Positions 9,553-17,812 of a stretch of DNA of 64,000 nt are shown piece after piece. The position numbers and the translations under genes are program-made. Every line of letters starts with the position of its first letter. The first letter of the stretch is position 1. Source of the DNA: Dehalococcoidia bacterium (GTDB taxonomy: Bacteria > Chloroflexota > Dehalococcoidia > Lucifugimonadales > UBA1127); the NCBI GenBank assembly GCA_965116355.1, contig OZ220679.1, positions 94,669-158,668 of the forward strand, written 5' to 3'. Under the pieces are notes generated by a model. That model was not told the DNA's origin and searched no databases. It saw only the letters and a list, made by a program, of their open reading frames with translations.

Positions 9553-10851
9553 CTACCACAGCCGCTCGCCGGGGCGCGACGTCTCGCCGGCGTCCGCACC
9601 GGCGAGCCATGGGTCGTCATCCTCGGCGACGATGAGCTTTTCCGAGCGGATGAGGTGGTAGGGGATGTCCGGGGCGAGGGCGGGCAGGTCGATGCCCTCG
9701 TCGAGGCCCTTGGCGGCACGGATCATGAGCTGGCGGAGGCGGATGATGGCGCCGTCGGCGGAGTAGAGGTGCTCGCGGGTGCGGTCGACGATGGGGCCCA
9801 TGCTCTCCGTGACAGCGTAGTCCTGCTCCGGGTTTGGCGATATGCCCGCGATGAGGGTCGTCCGCTGGGCCTCGCGGTCGATGAGGTAGTCGTTGTCGGG
9901 GCGCTTGAGGCGGCGGCGCGGGTCGGCCGGGTCCATCATCGTGTTCTCCGCGTACGTCGATGCGCGCTCGTCGTCGGTGATGGGGCGGTCGACGTTGCAG
10001 CGGATGAAGAAACGCATGCAGTTCTCGTCGTCCATCGGCACGATGAAGAAGGTGCCGCTGGCGCGGCCGGGGCCGGCGATCATGCTGCACACGGGGAAGA
10101 CGTGGCTGGTGATGCGCAGGTGCCGGTGGCCCGCGTCCGTGGGTCGGATGCCGATGAGCCGGAAGCCGTAGTCCGTGTCCTGCACATCAACCTGGGCGAA
10201 CCGGTACCTGGCAAGCAGGTACGAACGCTGGTTGGCGGAGGGCACCCCCGGCCGGTCCGTTTCGTCAGGCTCACGCCCGAAGTCTTCGTGACGCCGGTGC
10301 AGCGTGCCGAGGTGCGACGAGTCTATGTTGCCCTCTATGCTCTGCAGGTAGTTGCAGTAGACGGGGGCCTTCGCGGCCACGACCTGGTCGACGGGGAGGC
10401 GGTTGAACAGGAAGTCCGGCGGCGGCGGTTGCTGCTCCGGCGGACCCATGTACGCCCAGACGACGCCCGCCGACTCGACGGTGGGGTAGGACGTGGCGCG
10501 CACCTTCTCCTTGAAGCGGCTGCCGGGGATGTCCGAGGGCATGTCGACGCAGATGCCGTCGGCGTCGAACTTCCAGCCGTGGTAGATGCACATCAGCCCA
10601 TCGCGGTTCAGCCCGTAGTAGAGCGACGCGCCGCGGTGGGGGCAACGCTCGCCGATTAGGCCGACGCGGCCCTCGCTGTCACGGAAGGCGACGAGGTCCT
10701 CGGCGAGGACCTTGAGGCGCACAGGATCGCCGTCAGGGACGGGGAGGTCGGCGGAGAGCGCGCAGGGGTGCCAGTAGCGGCGCAGCACGCGGCCCATGGG
10801 CGTGCCGGGGCCGGTGCGGCAGATGAGCTCGTTGTCCTCGCGTGTCAGCAT
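9553..10851 (-). CDS. Rieske [2Fe-2S] non-heme-iron oxygenase, alpha-subunit type (paralogue 1)
   Basis: Rieske motif CPHRGASL..CIYHGWKF, and MLTREDNELICRTGPGTPMG at the N-terminus. The start is ATG 10849-10851. The longer track ORF to 11862 reads through the repeat array. Confidence 0.9.
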   Translation of the reverse strand: MLTREDNELICRTGPGTPMGRVLRRYWHPCALSADLPVPDGDPVRLKVLAEDLVAFRDSEGRVGLIGERCPHRGASLYYGLNRDGLMCIYHGWKFDADGICVDMPSDIPGSRFKEKVRATSYPTVESAGVVWAYMGPPEQQPPPPDFLFNRLPVDQVVAAKAPVYCNYLQSIEGNIDSSHLGTLHRRHEDFGREPDETDRPGVPSANQRSYLLARYRFAQVDVQDTDYGFRLIGIRPTDAGHRHLRITSHVFPVCSMIAGPGRASGTFFIVPMDDENCMRFFIRCNVDRPITDDERASTYAENTMMDPADPRRRLKRPDNDYLIDREAQRTTLIAGISPNPEQDYAVTESMGPIVDRTREHLYSADGAIIRLRQLMIRAAKGLDEGIDLPALAPDIPYHLIRSEKLIVAEDDDPWLAGADAGETSRPGERLW

Positions 10852-10948
10852 GGTCGGCTCCCCTTGCGTGCGATGGCGTTCCTCGTAGGGGTGCGTAGGC
10901 GCACAGCATAACAGAGGGCGCGAGCGACGCGGAAGGGCGCGGCGACAG

Positions 10949-11351
10949 CCCCCTTCGAGGGCCTCAGGACAGGCTTCGACAGGCTCAGGACGAACGGGAG
11001 GGATGGGGCGCTGGTGAGCGTCGGGGTTCCTGCCTGCGCAGGAACGACGGGGATGCGGGGCTCGGATTGCGCGAGATGTTGGAGGCGGGCGCCCTGGACA
11101 CCGGCTTCCGCCGGTGAAACGGGGAGGGAGGCGCTTCGACAGGCTCAGGGCGAACGGGAGGGATGGGGTGCTGGCGAGCGTCGGGGTTCCTGCCTGCGCA
11201 GGAACGACGGGGTGCGGGGCTCGGATTGCGCGAGATGTTGGAGGCGGGCGCCCTGGACACCGGCTTCCGTCGGTGAAACGGGGAGGGAGGCGCTTCGACA
11301 GGCCTAGTAGGGGATGAGGGTGCCCGCCTTCGACAGGCTCAGGGCAAACGG
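10949..11351 (+). repeat. Composite mosaic-repeat array with module order C-C-A-X-B-C-A-X-B-(C)-C, including ~160-nt tandem units
   Basis: Hairpin A begins at 11020 and again at 11180, giving a period of 160 nt. The two units are near identical, apart from one 1-nt indel and a few substitutions. Confidence 0.9.
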
Positions 11352-11460
11352 AAGTGGCAATTGCAGCAGCCGTCGGGCCAACCGCCCTTGACCGGCGGGG
11401 CCGGTTGGCACACCATAATCGCCAACGCCGATGGGCAGGGTCGTATCCAGGAGGTCTCCA

Positions 11461-11643
11461 ATGGCGCAGGTAGCCCCCTACCACGACGAGGACGCCCGCA
11501 TCTACCACTTCTACGACGACTGCACGGTGGGCAGCCGGATGATGTGGGACAAGAAGGAGCAGGGCAAGGGCGAAAGGGCGCCGTGCAGCGAGTGCTCGCG
11601 GAGAGCGATGGCGGAGCTGCAAGGGCCGGGGATGCACCCGTAG
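11461..11643 (+). CDS. Small Cys-containing protein (60 aa), possible zinc-ribbon-like
   Basis: AGGAGG lies 6 nt upstream of ATG 11461. Sequence: MAQVAPYHDEDARIYHFYDDCTVGSRMMWDKKEQGKGERAPCSECSRRAMAELQGPGMHP (C..CxxC). Confidence 0.6.
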   Translation: MAQVAPYHDEDARIYHFYDDCTVGSRMMWDKKEQGKGERAPCSECSRRAMAELQGPGMHP

Positions 11644-11794
11644 GGCGGGCAGCAACGCAGCGCATCGCGGCTGACGTTTTCGCGGACCTGTGCCTGACAG
11701 GCAGCGAAAGGCAGGACGGAGTGTCGCCCTGCGAGCAACGCCGGCCGCAAATCGTCGCCACGTGGGAGCAATTTCGCATGTACAGCAATTTGCA

Positions 11795-13474
11795 CTAGTC
11801 GGCGCGAAGAGCAAACACAATAAATCCGTTGTCGGTTGAGGCGCGTCCGTACAAGATGCCATCGACGGCAGTTATTGGTCCGCAAATCCAACTGTATTCA
11901 GCCCGCCAATTCAGACTTCCCGTCGAAGCGTCCAGTGAAGTCAAATCGACATAGGACGGGACATAGACAGTTCCGTTAGACACCGTCAAAGGCAATAGCC
12001 CATGGTTTGAGGTATAGCTCCATTGAGGTTCGCCTGTTTGGGCATCAACGGCGTGAACGGTCAGAGTCTCCCGCGCTTGACCATCGTAGCCGCTGAAGTA
12101 AATGTTTCCATTGGCCGACAGCGGCGTCCGCAGGAATGTATCCCCAGGTCTGTACCGCCAGTTCACGGCCCCGGTTGACAGGTCAATTGAGTAGATCTCA
12201 CCCCATCCCGTTACAACATAAGCGCTATCTCCCTCAATGAGTGGCGTATAGTATGATCCCCCGGGCGTTTCGTACTGCCTGATCAACTCGCCAGACTCGG
12301 GGGCAATGGAATAAAGGTAGTCGGTACTGTTGCCGTACGTGCCAAAGTATATGTAGCCGCTGGACTTCACCGCGTAGGTGTTTATCGACTCGCTCACCCG
12401 ATATTGCCAGTTCAGTATGCCGGTCGAGGCATCCAGGGACACAAGGTAACCTCGTTCGCGGCGTCCGTCTGCTTGACGGCTATTCACGGTGAAGTACACA
12501 CTTCCATCGTACACAGTCACCGGACTGCGCGGGGCTCCGTCCACCTGGTACTCCCAATTCAGCGTACCCTCCCATGCATCAAAGGAACGGACATAATAGG
12601 TGCGGGGCTCTCCCACCGTTGCCACGACGAAGACACTCTCCTTGTCCTTCACTGGATTGAACATCCAGTGCATCCTGTCTTCCAGCCAAAGCTCTTGCCC
12701 ATCTACTTTGTCAAGGGAAAAGAGCCTCGGACCAAAACCTGCGAAGAGCCTCTCGGGGCCCACCGCCACCACGTCGCCGCAATTGGCGCTAGTCGCGGCG
12801 ACATCGGTCGCCCAAATCAAGTCTCCGGGTCCATGAGACACCGCCAACGTCGAGGACGTCTCGACGTAAGCGTGCCTTCTATATTCGTGTCGCAGGGGCC
12901 AGGATAAGTCTATGTAGACCTCAACCAGAGTCTCGAACCTGCGCACCGTGTCCACCTCGACGTAGACGGTCACCGCCTCATAGGCGTCAACCGTACCAAG
13001 GTCGCAAGTGGATAGGTTGCAGTAGCCTCGACTCGAACGGCCAAACGCGGACAAGATCGGTCCGTCGACTTCAAACGTCAGCGACACGCCCTCGGCTGGT
13101 ATCTGTGTCATGTTGGTGACGGTGAACTCGAACTGGAGTCCCTCCCCATCGGGAGCGGGTCCAACGTCACCCTCCAAGGCGACCGACAGTTGCGGTTCAG
13201 GACGCGGGATGGGAGTGGGCGTCGGTGTCGGTGTCGGAACCGGTGTCGGAACCGGTGTGCCTGTCGGGATAGCGGTCGGCGTGGATGTTGGTAAATGCAA
13301 GGGTCCGGGCGTGGGAATACGGGTTGGGAATGGCGTTGGCGTGGGCCGCGCGACCCGGTCCATGACGGCGCTTGGACCATCTCTCTCGTCAGGAGTGCAT
13401 GCACTCAGAACCGCAAACAGGAAGGAGCAGGTCAACACCAACAGAAACAGCGCCGCTCCGACGTGATTCCACAT
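11795..13474 (-). CDS. Lipoprotein with PQQ-like/BamB-like beta-propeller repeats (low G+C)
   Basis: Lipobox FAVLSAC, a Pro/Thr linker, then repeated ..G.L.W.Y.. blades (LNWEYQV, LNWQYRV, VNWRYRP, PQWSYTS, LNWRAEY). GGAGGG lies 7 nt upstream of ATG 13472-13474. Confidence 0.75.
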   Translation of the reverse strand: MWNHVGAALFLLVLTCSFLFAVLSACTPDERDGPSAVMDRVARPTPTPFPTRIPTPGPLHLPTSTPTAIPTGTPVPTPVPTPTPTPTPIPRPEPQLSVALEGDVGPAPDGEGLQFEFTVTNMTQIPAEGVSLTFEVDGPILSAFGRSSRGYCNLSTCDLGTVDAYEAVTVYVEVDTVRRFETLVEVYIDLSWPLRHEYRRHAYVETSSTLAVSHGPGDLIWATDVAATSANCGDVVAVGPERLFAGFGPRLFSLDKVDGQELWLEDRMHWMFNPVKDKESVFVVATVGEPRTYYVRSFDAWEGTLNWEYQVDGAPRSPVTVYDGSVYFTVNSRQADGRRERGYLVSLDASTGILNWQYRVSESINTYAVKSSGYIYFGTYGNSTDYLYSIAPESGELIRQYETPGGSYYTPLIEGDSAYVVTGWGEIYSIDLSTGAVNWRYRPGDTFLRTPLSANGNIYFSGYDGQARETLTVHAVDAQTGEPQWSYTSNHGLLPLTVSNGTVYVPSYVDLTSLDASTGSLNWRAEYSWICGPITAVDGILYGRASTDNGFIVFALRAD

Positions 13475-13762
13475 GCCTTTTCCCTCCATCCCGCCGCATT
13501 CGCATCATGGGGTTGCCAGCTAAACCTCACCACGACGAACATGTCCACAGCGCCTGCTTATCCAGTGGCGCGCCATACCGATAGCACGCGGCGCCTATCC
13601 CTCTCACCCAGCGTTGACGCCGCGAGCCGGATGAGAGTTCCCTTCCGCGATCCGATTTCCGTCAGCTTGTCTACAGCCAACGCCAACGGAACTGCCAGGA
13701 CGGTGTGCCAGCGGCTCTCAATGACGGACTTCGAGGGGCCGGGGATGCACCCGTAGACGCAG

Positions 13763-14653
13763 TCACCCCCGTGCGGCGATGGCCTGATGGCGGGCGAGGA
13801 GCTTTTGGGCGCGCTGCACCACCGGCACGTCGATCATTTTGCCGTCGAGCTCGAAGGAGGCGCGGCCGGCCCTCTCAGCCTCGGCGTTGGCCTCGATGAT
13901 GCGTTTCGCGAGGGCGACCTCTTCCTCGGTTGGGCTGAACGCCTCGTTGAGCACGGGAACCACGCTGGGGTGGATGCACGAGGCGCCCTCCAGCCCGAAC
14001 CGCCTCGCCTTGAGCGCCGCCTCCCGCACGGCGTCCAGGTCCTTGTAGTCGGCCACGGTGCCGAAGATGCCCAGCGCCATCACGCCCGCCGCCTTCGCCG
14101 CGTACACGGACTGCGTCTTCGGGTATAGCAGCGTCTCCCCGTCGGGCTGCATGCCAAGCGACGACGCCAAGTCCTCCGCGCCGATGGTGATGGCGGCGGT
14201 GCGAGGGCTTGCCTTGGCGATCTCGGCGATCTGGAAGAAGGCCTCCGGCGTCTCGATCATGGTGAGGAACGCCGTCGCGCCTACCGGCATTCCGCGCTCC
14301 GCCTCGAGGTCCGACACCAGGTCGTCCAGCAGCCGGACGTGGTCGGGACCGGCGACCTTGGGCAGGGCGAGGGCGGTCACAGCGGGGCACACGCTGGCCT
14401 CGATGTCGGGCACGGCGAGCCGGAGGGGCTGGTTGACGCGCACGAGCACGTCCGCGCCTGTCTGGCCGACCCGCTCGGCGGCCGCCCGCACGCCAGCCCT
14501 CGCCGACGCTTTCTCCGCCAGCGGCACCGAGTCCTCGAGGTCGAGGATGATGCCGTCGGCGCCGCGCTCGTGCGCGCGGGCGAGGTAGCGTTCGACGTTG
14601 GCCGGCACGTATAACAGCGACCGCCATACGGGGAGCACCCGTTCGTAGGTCAT
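13763..14653 (-). CDS. HpcH/HpaI aldolase / citrate-lyase beta (CitE)-like acyl-CoA lyase
   Basis: MTYERVLPVWRSLLYVPAN..GADGIILDLEDSV..MIETPEA..GAEDL are typical CitE-family motifs. ATGA overlap with the upstream CoA-transferase (14650-14653). Confidence 0.85.
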   Translation of the reverse strand: MTYERVLPVWRSLLYVPANVERYLARAHERGADGIILDLEDSVPLAEKASARAGVRAAAERVGQTGADVLVRVNQPLRLAVPDIEASVCPAVTALALPKVAGPDHVRLLDDLVSDLEAERGMPVGATAFLTMIETPEAFFQIAEIAKASPRTAAITIGAEDLASSLGMQPDGETLLYPKTQSVYAAKAAGVMALGIFGTVADYKDLDAVREAALKARRFGLEGASCIHPSVVPVLNEAFSPTEEEVALAKRIIEANAEAERAGRASFELDGKMIDVPVVQRAQKLLARHQAIAARG

Positions 14654-15870
14654 CCGATCACACCTCGCGCTCGCAGATTGGCCAGATCTTCGCTGGAGAC
14701 GCCCGCGCCGCCGAGGACCTCGTCGTTGTGCTGCCCCAGCGTGGGCGCGGGGTAGCGGAACGTGCCCGGCGTCCGCGAGAGGCGCGGGACGACGTTGTGA
14801 ACCGGCACGTTTCCCATGTCGTCGTCCGGCAGGTCGACCACCACCTCTCGCTCGATGACGTGGGGGTCGTCGAGGAACTGGGCGATGTCGTAGACGGGGC
14901 CGGCGGTGACGCCCGCGCCGTTGAGCTCGGCGAGGGCCTCGTCCAGGGTGCGCCGGGCCACCCAGCCGCCGACGATGGCGTCGACCTCGGCCCGGTTGCG
15001 CACCCGCTCGGCGTTGTTGCGGAAGCGCGGGTCGGCGATGGCGTCCTCGCGGCCGACGACCTTGAACACGCGCTCCGCCATCGACTGGATGGAGGCCGAG
15101 AGGGCCACCCACCTGCCGTCGCGTGTGGCGTAGACGTTGCGGGGCGACGCGGTGTTCGATGCGCTGCCGACGCGCTGCTTGATGCTGCCGTCGACGCGGT
15201 AGCCGGCGGCGTCCGCGCCGAGGATGGAGAAGATGGGCTCCAGCAGCGAGAGGTCGATCACCTGCCCCGCGCCGCCCTTTACCTCACGCTCGCGAATCGC
15301 GATGAGGACGGCCATCGCGCCGTAGAGGCCGGCGGCCATGTCGGCGAGCGCCATCGGCGGCAGGACGGGCTCGCGGTCGGCGAAGCCGTTGTGGTCGGCG
15401 AACCCGGACATGGCCTCGACAAGCGTGCCGAACCCCGGCCGCTCGCGGTACGGCCCGGTCTGGCCGAAGCCCGAGACGCGCACGACGATGAGGCCGGGGT
15501 TGTCCTCGTGCAGGGACTCGGGCGACAGCCCCATCTCCTCCAGCCGGCCGGGAATGAAGTTCTCGACGAGGACATCGGCGTCCCTTGCGAGCCGCCGCAC
15601 GAGGGCGAGGCCGTCAGGGTCCCGCAGGTTGACCGATACGCTCTTCTTGTTGCGGCAGTAGGTCTTCCAGTGGGTCTCGACGGAGCTGTCGCCCCATGCG
15701 CGCAGCGGGTCGCCGTTGGGCAGCGCCTCGATCTTGACGACCTCCGCGCCGAAGTCGGCGAGCTGCAGGGTCAGCATGTTCCCGGCAACGAGCCGCGACA
15801 TGTCGAGGACGCGCAGGCCGTCGAGCGGGCCGCGGGCCTCGGGATTGAATTGTCTGGGGTGGATGGGCAT
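14650..15870 (-). CDS. Family III CoA-transferase (CaiB/BaiF type)
   Basis: 406-aa ORF with GPLDGLRVLDMSRLVAGNMLTLQLADFGAEVVKIE as the N-terminal signature. Translationally coupled to the CitE-like gene. Confidence 0.9.
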   Translation of the reverse strand: MPIHPRQFNPEARGPLDGLRVLDMSRLVAGNMLTLQLADFGAEVVKIEALPNGDPLRAWGDSSVETHWKTYCRNKKSVSVNLRDPDGLALVRRLARDADVLVENFIPGRLEEMGLSPESLHEDNPGLIVVRVSGFGQTGPYRERPGFGTLVEAMSGFADHNGFADREPVLPPMALADMAAGLYGAMAVLIAIREREVKGGAGQVIDLSLLEPIFSILGADAAGYRVDGSIKQRVGSASNTASPRNVYATRDGRWVALSASIQSMAERVFKVVGREDAIADPRFRNNAERVRNRAEVDAIVGGWVARRTLDEALAELNGAGVTAGPVYDIAQFLDDPHVIEREVVVDLPDDDMGNVPVHNVVPRLSRTPGTFRYPAPTLGQHNDEVLGGAGVSSEDLANLRARGVIG

Positions 15871-15903
15871 TGCTGTGGGGCTCCTCTCGAGATCGAGCCG
15901 GGG

Positions 15904-16476
15904 CTACCCCGTCCCGCCAAACGCGCGCCGCACCGGCAGTTGGTCGTCACCCTCCACCACGTCGATCTCGAAGGCGTTGTTGAAGGCGGCGACGTAGCGG
16001 TAGAGGCCGACGGTCGCGACCACCATGATCACCCACCGCTCGCCGTGCCTGGCCACCAGCGCGTCGAACAGTGCTTGCTTGACGCGATTCGTGCGGCATA
16101 GCTGACGGCAGAGCTCAATGACGTCGCGCTCGTCATCGTCCAGCTTACTGACATCGCCGCCGGTGCGCGCGGCCTCGATGGCAGCTTCATGCAGGCCAGC
16201 GGCCCGGGCGCTCGTGATGTGCGTCGACCACTGGAAGGGCGCGTCGTCCTCGTAGGCGACGGCGAGGATAGCGAGCTCGTGGAGCGCGTCGCTGACCAAG
16301 CCGTTGCCGTGGGCGTGGTGGACGCTGGACAGGAAGCCCATGGAGAGGCCGGGGCTGTGGAGCATGACGCCGAACGGCCCTCGAACGCGCCCTCGCTCGG
16401 CGGCTATTTCGTCCCACTCGTGCTGTTGCTCCGGCGGCAGCTGGGCCTTATCCGTGATGGGGTTGATGCGTGTCAT
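15904..16476 (-). CDS. Carboxymuconolactone decarboxylase (CMD/AhpD-like) family protein
   Basis: 190 aa from ATG 16474-16476 (MTRINPITDKAQLPPEQQHEWDEI..). Helical CMD-like sequence. The upstream part of the track ORF is low complexity. Confidence 0.6.
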   Translation of the reverse strand: MTRINPITDKAQLPPEQQHEWDEIAAERGRVRGPFGVMLHSPGLSMGFLSSVHHAHGNGLVSDALHELAILAVAYEDDAPFQWSTHITSARAAGLHEAAIEAARTGGDVSKLDDDERDVIELCRQLCRTNRVKQALFDALVARHGERWVIMVVATVGLYRYVAAFNNAFEIDVVEGDDQLPVRRAFGGTG

Positions 16477-16678
16477 GGCTTTCTCCGGTTGGGTGGGAGT
16501 TGCGGCAGCGGCGGGGCGGCTGCCGGCCGTCATTGCCGCCACGGACGCCGAGGCTATACTATACCTGACCTTCCTCCCACGAGCATTCGCGAGCGCCGAG
16601 TCCGACCAGGGATTGACCAGACTGTGTGAGTGCACCAAGACAACTATGAGATTGCAGTCGAATGGGTATAGATTCCGG

Positions 16679-17308
16679 ATGAACAAACGCCTGATCATCA
16701 TTGCGCTCGTCTTGTTTTACGTCACAGTGGTGTTTGGGGGCGCTTCACTGAAAAGCGATTACAGCCACATCGGTCAATATATTAGCGAACTCAATGCCAC
16801 AGGTTCGCCTTGGAGCTGGCAAATCGGCTATTTGGGGTTCTTGCCTCTCGGCCTGCTAGGCCTTGCTTTGCTGGTCACGGTTGCGCGCAGCACACAACTG
16901 ACTGGAATCAGTCTAATCGGTTTGTGGATGCTCGCCGGTGAACCGATCGCTTACCTTGGCTCAGTGCTTGCTCCTTGTGATTTGGGTTGTCCCAGCACCG
17001 GCAGTCTTTCCCAAAATGTCCACAATGTCTTGAGTGTATTCACACTTCTCATGACCACATTGGGGCTGGTGTTTTTGTCCCTCAACAAGAACCTTGCGCC
17101 GCATAGACGAGTCGGGTGGGCAATCCTGGCCGTCGTTTTTGTCACGCTTTACGTGCTGGCGCTGGCGCCGGACCTTGACCCTTGGCGAGGAATGCTGCAG
17201 CGACTGGCTGAGGGGATATTGTACGGATGTCTGTGCCTCATAAGCTGGCAGGTGTTGGCAGCCAAAAACGAAGAACCGTCACTAATTTACAGGCATGACA
17301 ATGGTTGA
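16679..17308 (+). CDS. DUF998-like integral membrane protein (low G+C)
   Basis: MNKRLIIIALVLFYVTVVFGG..YISELNATGSPWSWQIGYLGFLPLGLLGL, with about 6 hydrophobic segments. The start could be 16679 or 16646. Confidence 0.55.
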   Translation: MNKRLIIIALVLFYVTVVFGGASLKSDYSHIGQYISELNATGSPWSWQIGYLGFLPLGLLGLALLVTVARSTQLTGISLIGLWMLAGEPIAYLGSVLAPCDLGCPSTGSLSQNVHNVLSVFTLLMTTLGLVFLSLNKNLAPHRRVGWAILAVVFVTLYVLALAPDLDPWRGMLQRLAEGILYGCLCLISWQVLAAKNEEPSLIYRHDNG

Positions 17309-17353
17309 CTCGGATTCGTACTCAACTCGCCCTGCTCTTCTTATACCAGCGAC

Positions 17354-17785
17354 TCATCCCAACGCCTTCAGAACCAGCGCCCGATAGGCCTCAAGTCCCT
17401 CCGAATCCAGCAGTTCGGTGGCGCTGAACCAGCGCACCTCAGTGTGCTCATCGGGTGCCGCGTTCACGGGCTCCCCCCTCCAAGACAAGATCGTGTACAA
17501 GTGCACGACCGCAGGTTCGACGTCGTCATAGACATGGCCCAGCCAACTTAGCTCAAGCACCTCAATGCCTAACTCCTCACGAGCTTCCCGCCGCAAAGCC
17601 TCTTCAAGAGACTCTCCCTGATTGACATGCCCACCAGGCAGATCCCAGACATCTGGGTAGAATTGTTTCGATGGAGATCGATGAACGAGTAAAACCGTAC
17701 CGTTTCTTACCATGACTCCAGCAACACAGTTCGCCACCAGCGGCCCCCAGTCGTCAGAATCGAAACGCCTGGCGTGAATCGCCAT
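17354..17785 (-). CDS. NUDIX hydrolase
   Basis: Nudix box GGHVNQGESLEEALRREAREELGIEV. Confidence 0.9.
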   Translation of the reverse strand: MAIHARRFDSDDWGPLVANCVAGVMVRNGTVLLVHRSPSKQFYPDVWDLPGGHVNQGESLEEALRREAREELGIEVLELSWLGHVYDDVEPAVVHLYTILSWRGEPVNAAPDEHTEVRWFSATELLDSEGLEAYRALVLKALG

Positions 17786-17812
17786 TTCTTCGAGACTCCT
17801 TTTGCTGCAGCC

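Noticed and set aside
10852-11862. N-terminal 336 codons of the 769-aa track ORF 9553..11862
   Set aside because: This part is translated from the mosaic-repeat array (PFALSLSKR.., RRSCAGRNPDA..). The Rieske oxygenase homology starts at MLTREDNE (ATG 10851) and matches the N-terminus of paralogue 2.
13541-13756. 71-aa ORF ending ..FEGPGMHP* as a functional second copy of the small Cys-containing protein
   Set aside because: It shares only the 3' ~36 nt and a few scattered residues with the 11461-11643 gene. It has lost the Cys pattern and has no SD. It is treated as a decayed duplicate and discussed under the direct-repeat finding.
14654-15112. N-terminal extension of ORF 13763..15112, and likewise 26340-26594 on the NuoF-like ORF, 33657-34661 on the oxidoreductase ORF, and 16477-16701 on the CMD ORF
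   Set aside because: The extensions are Arg/Pro/Gly-rich and overlap the upstream real gene in another frame. Internal starts give ATGA/GTGA coupling and family-typical N-termini.
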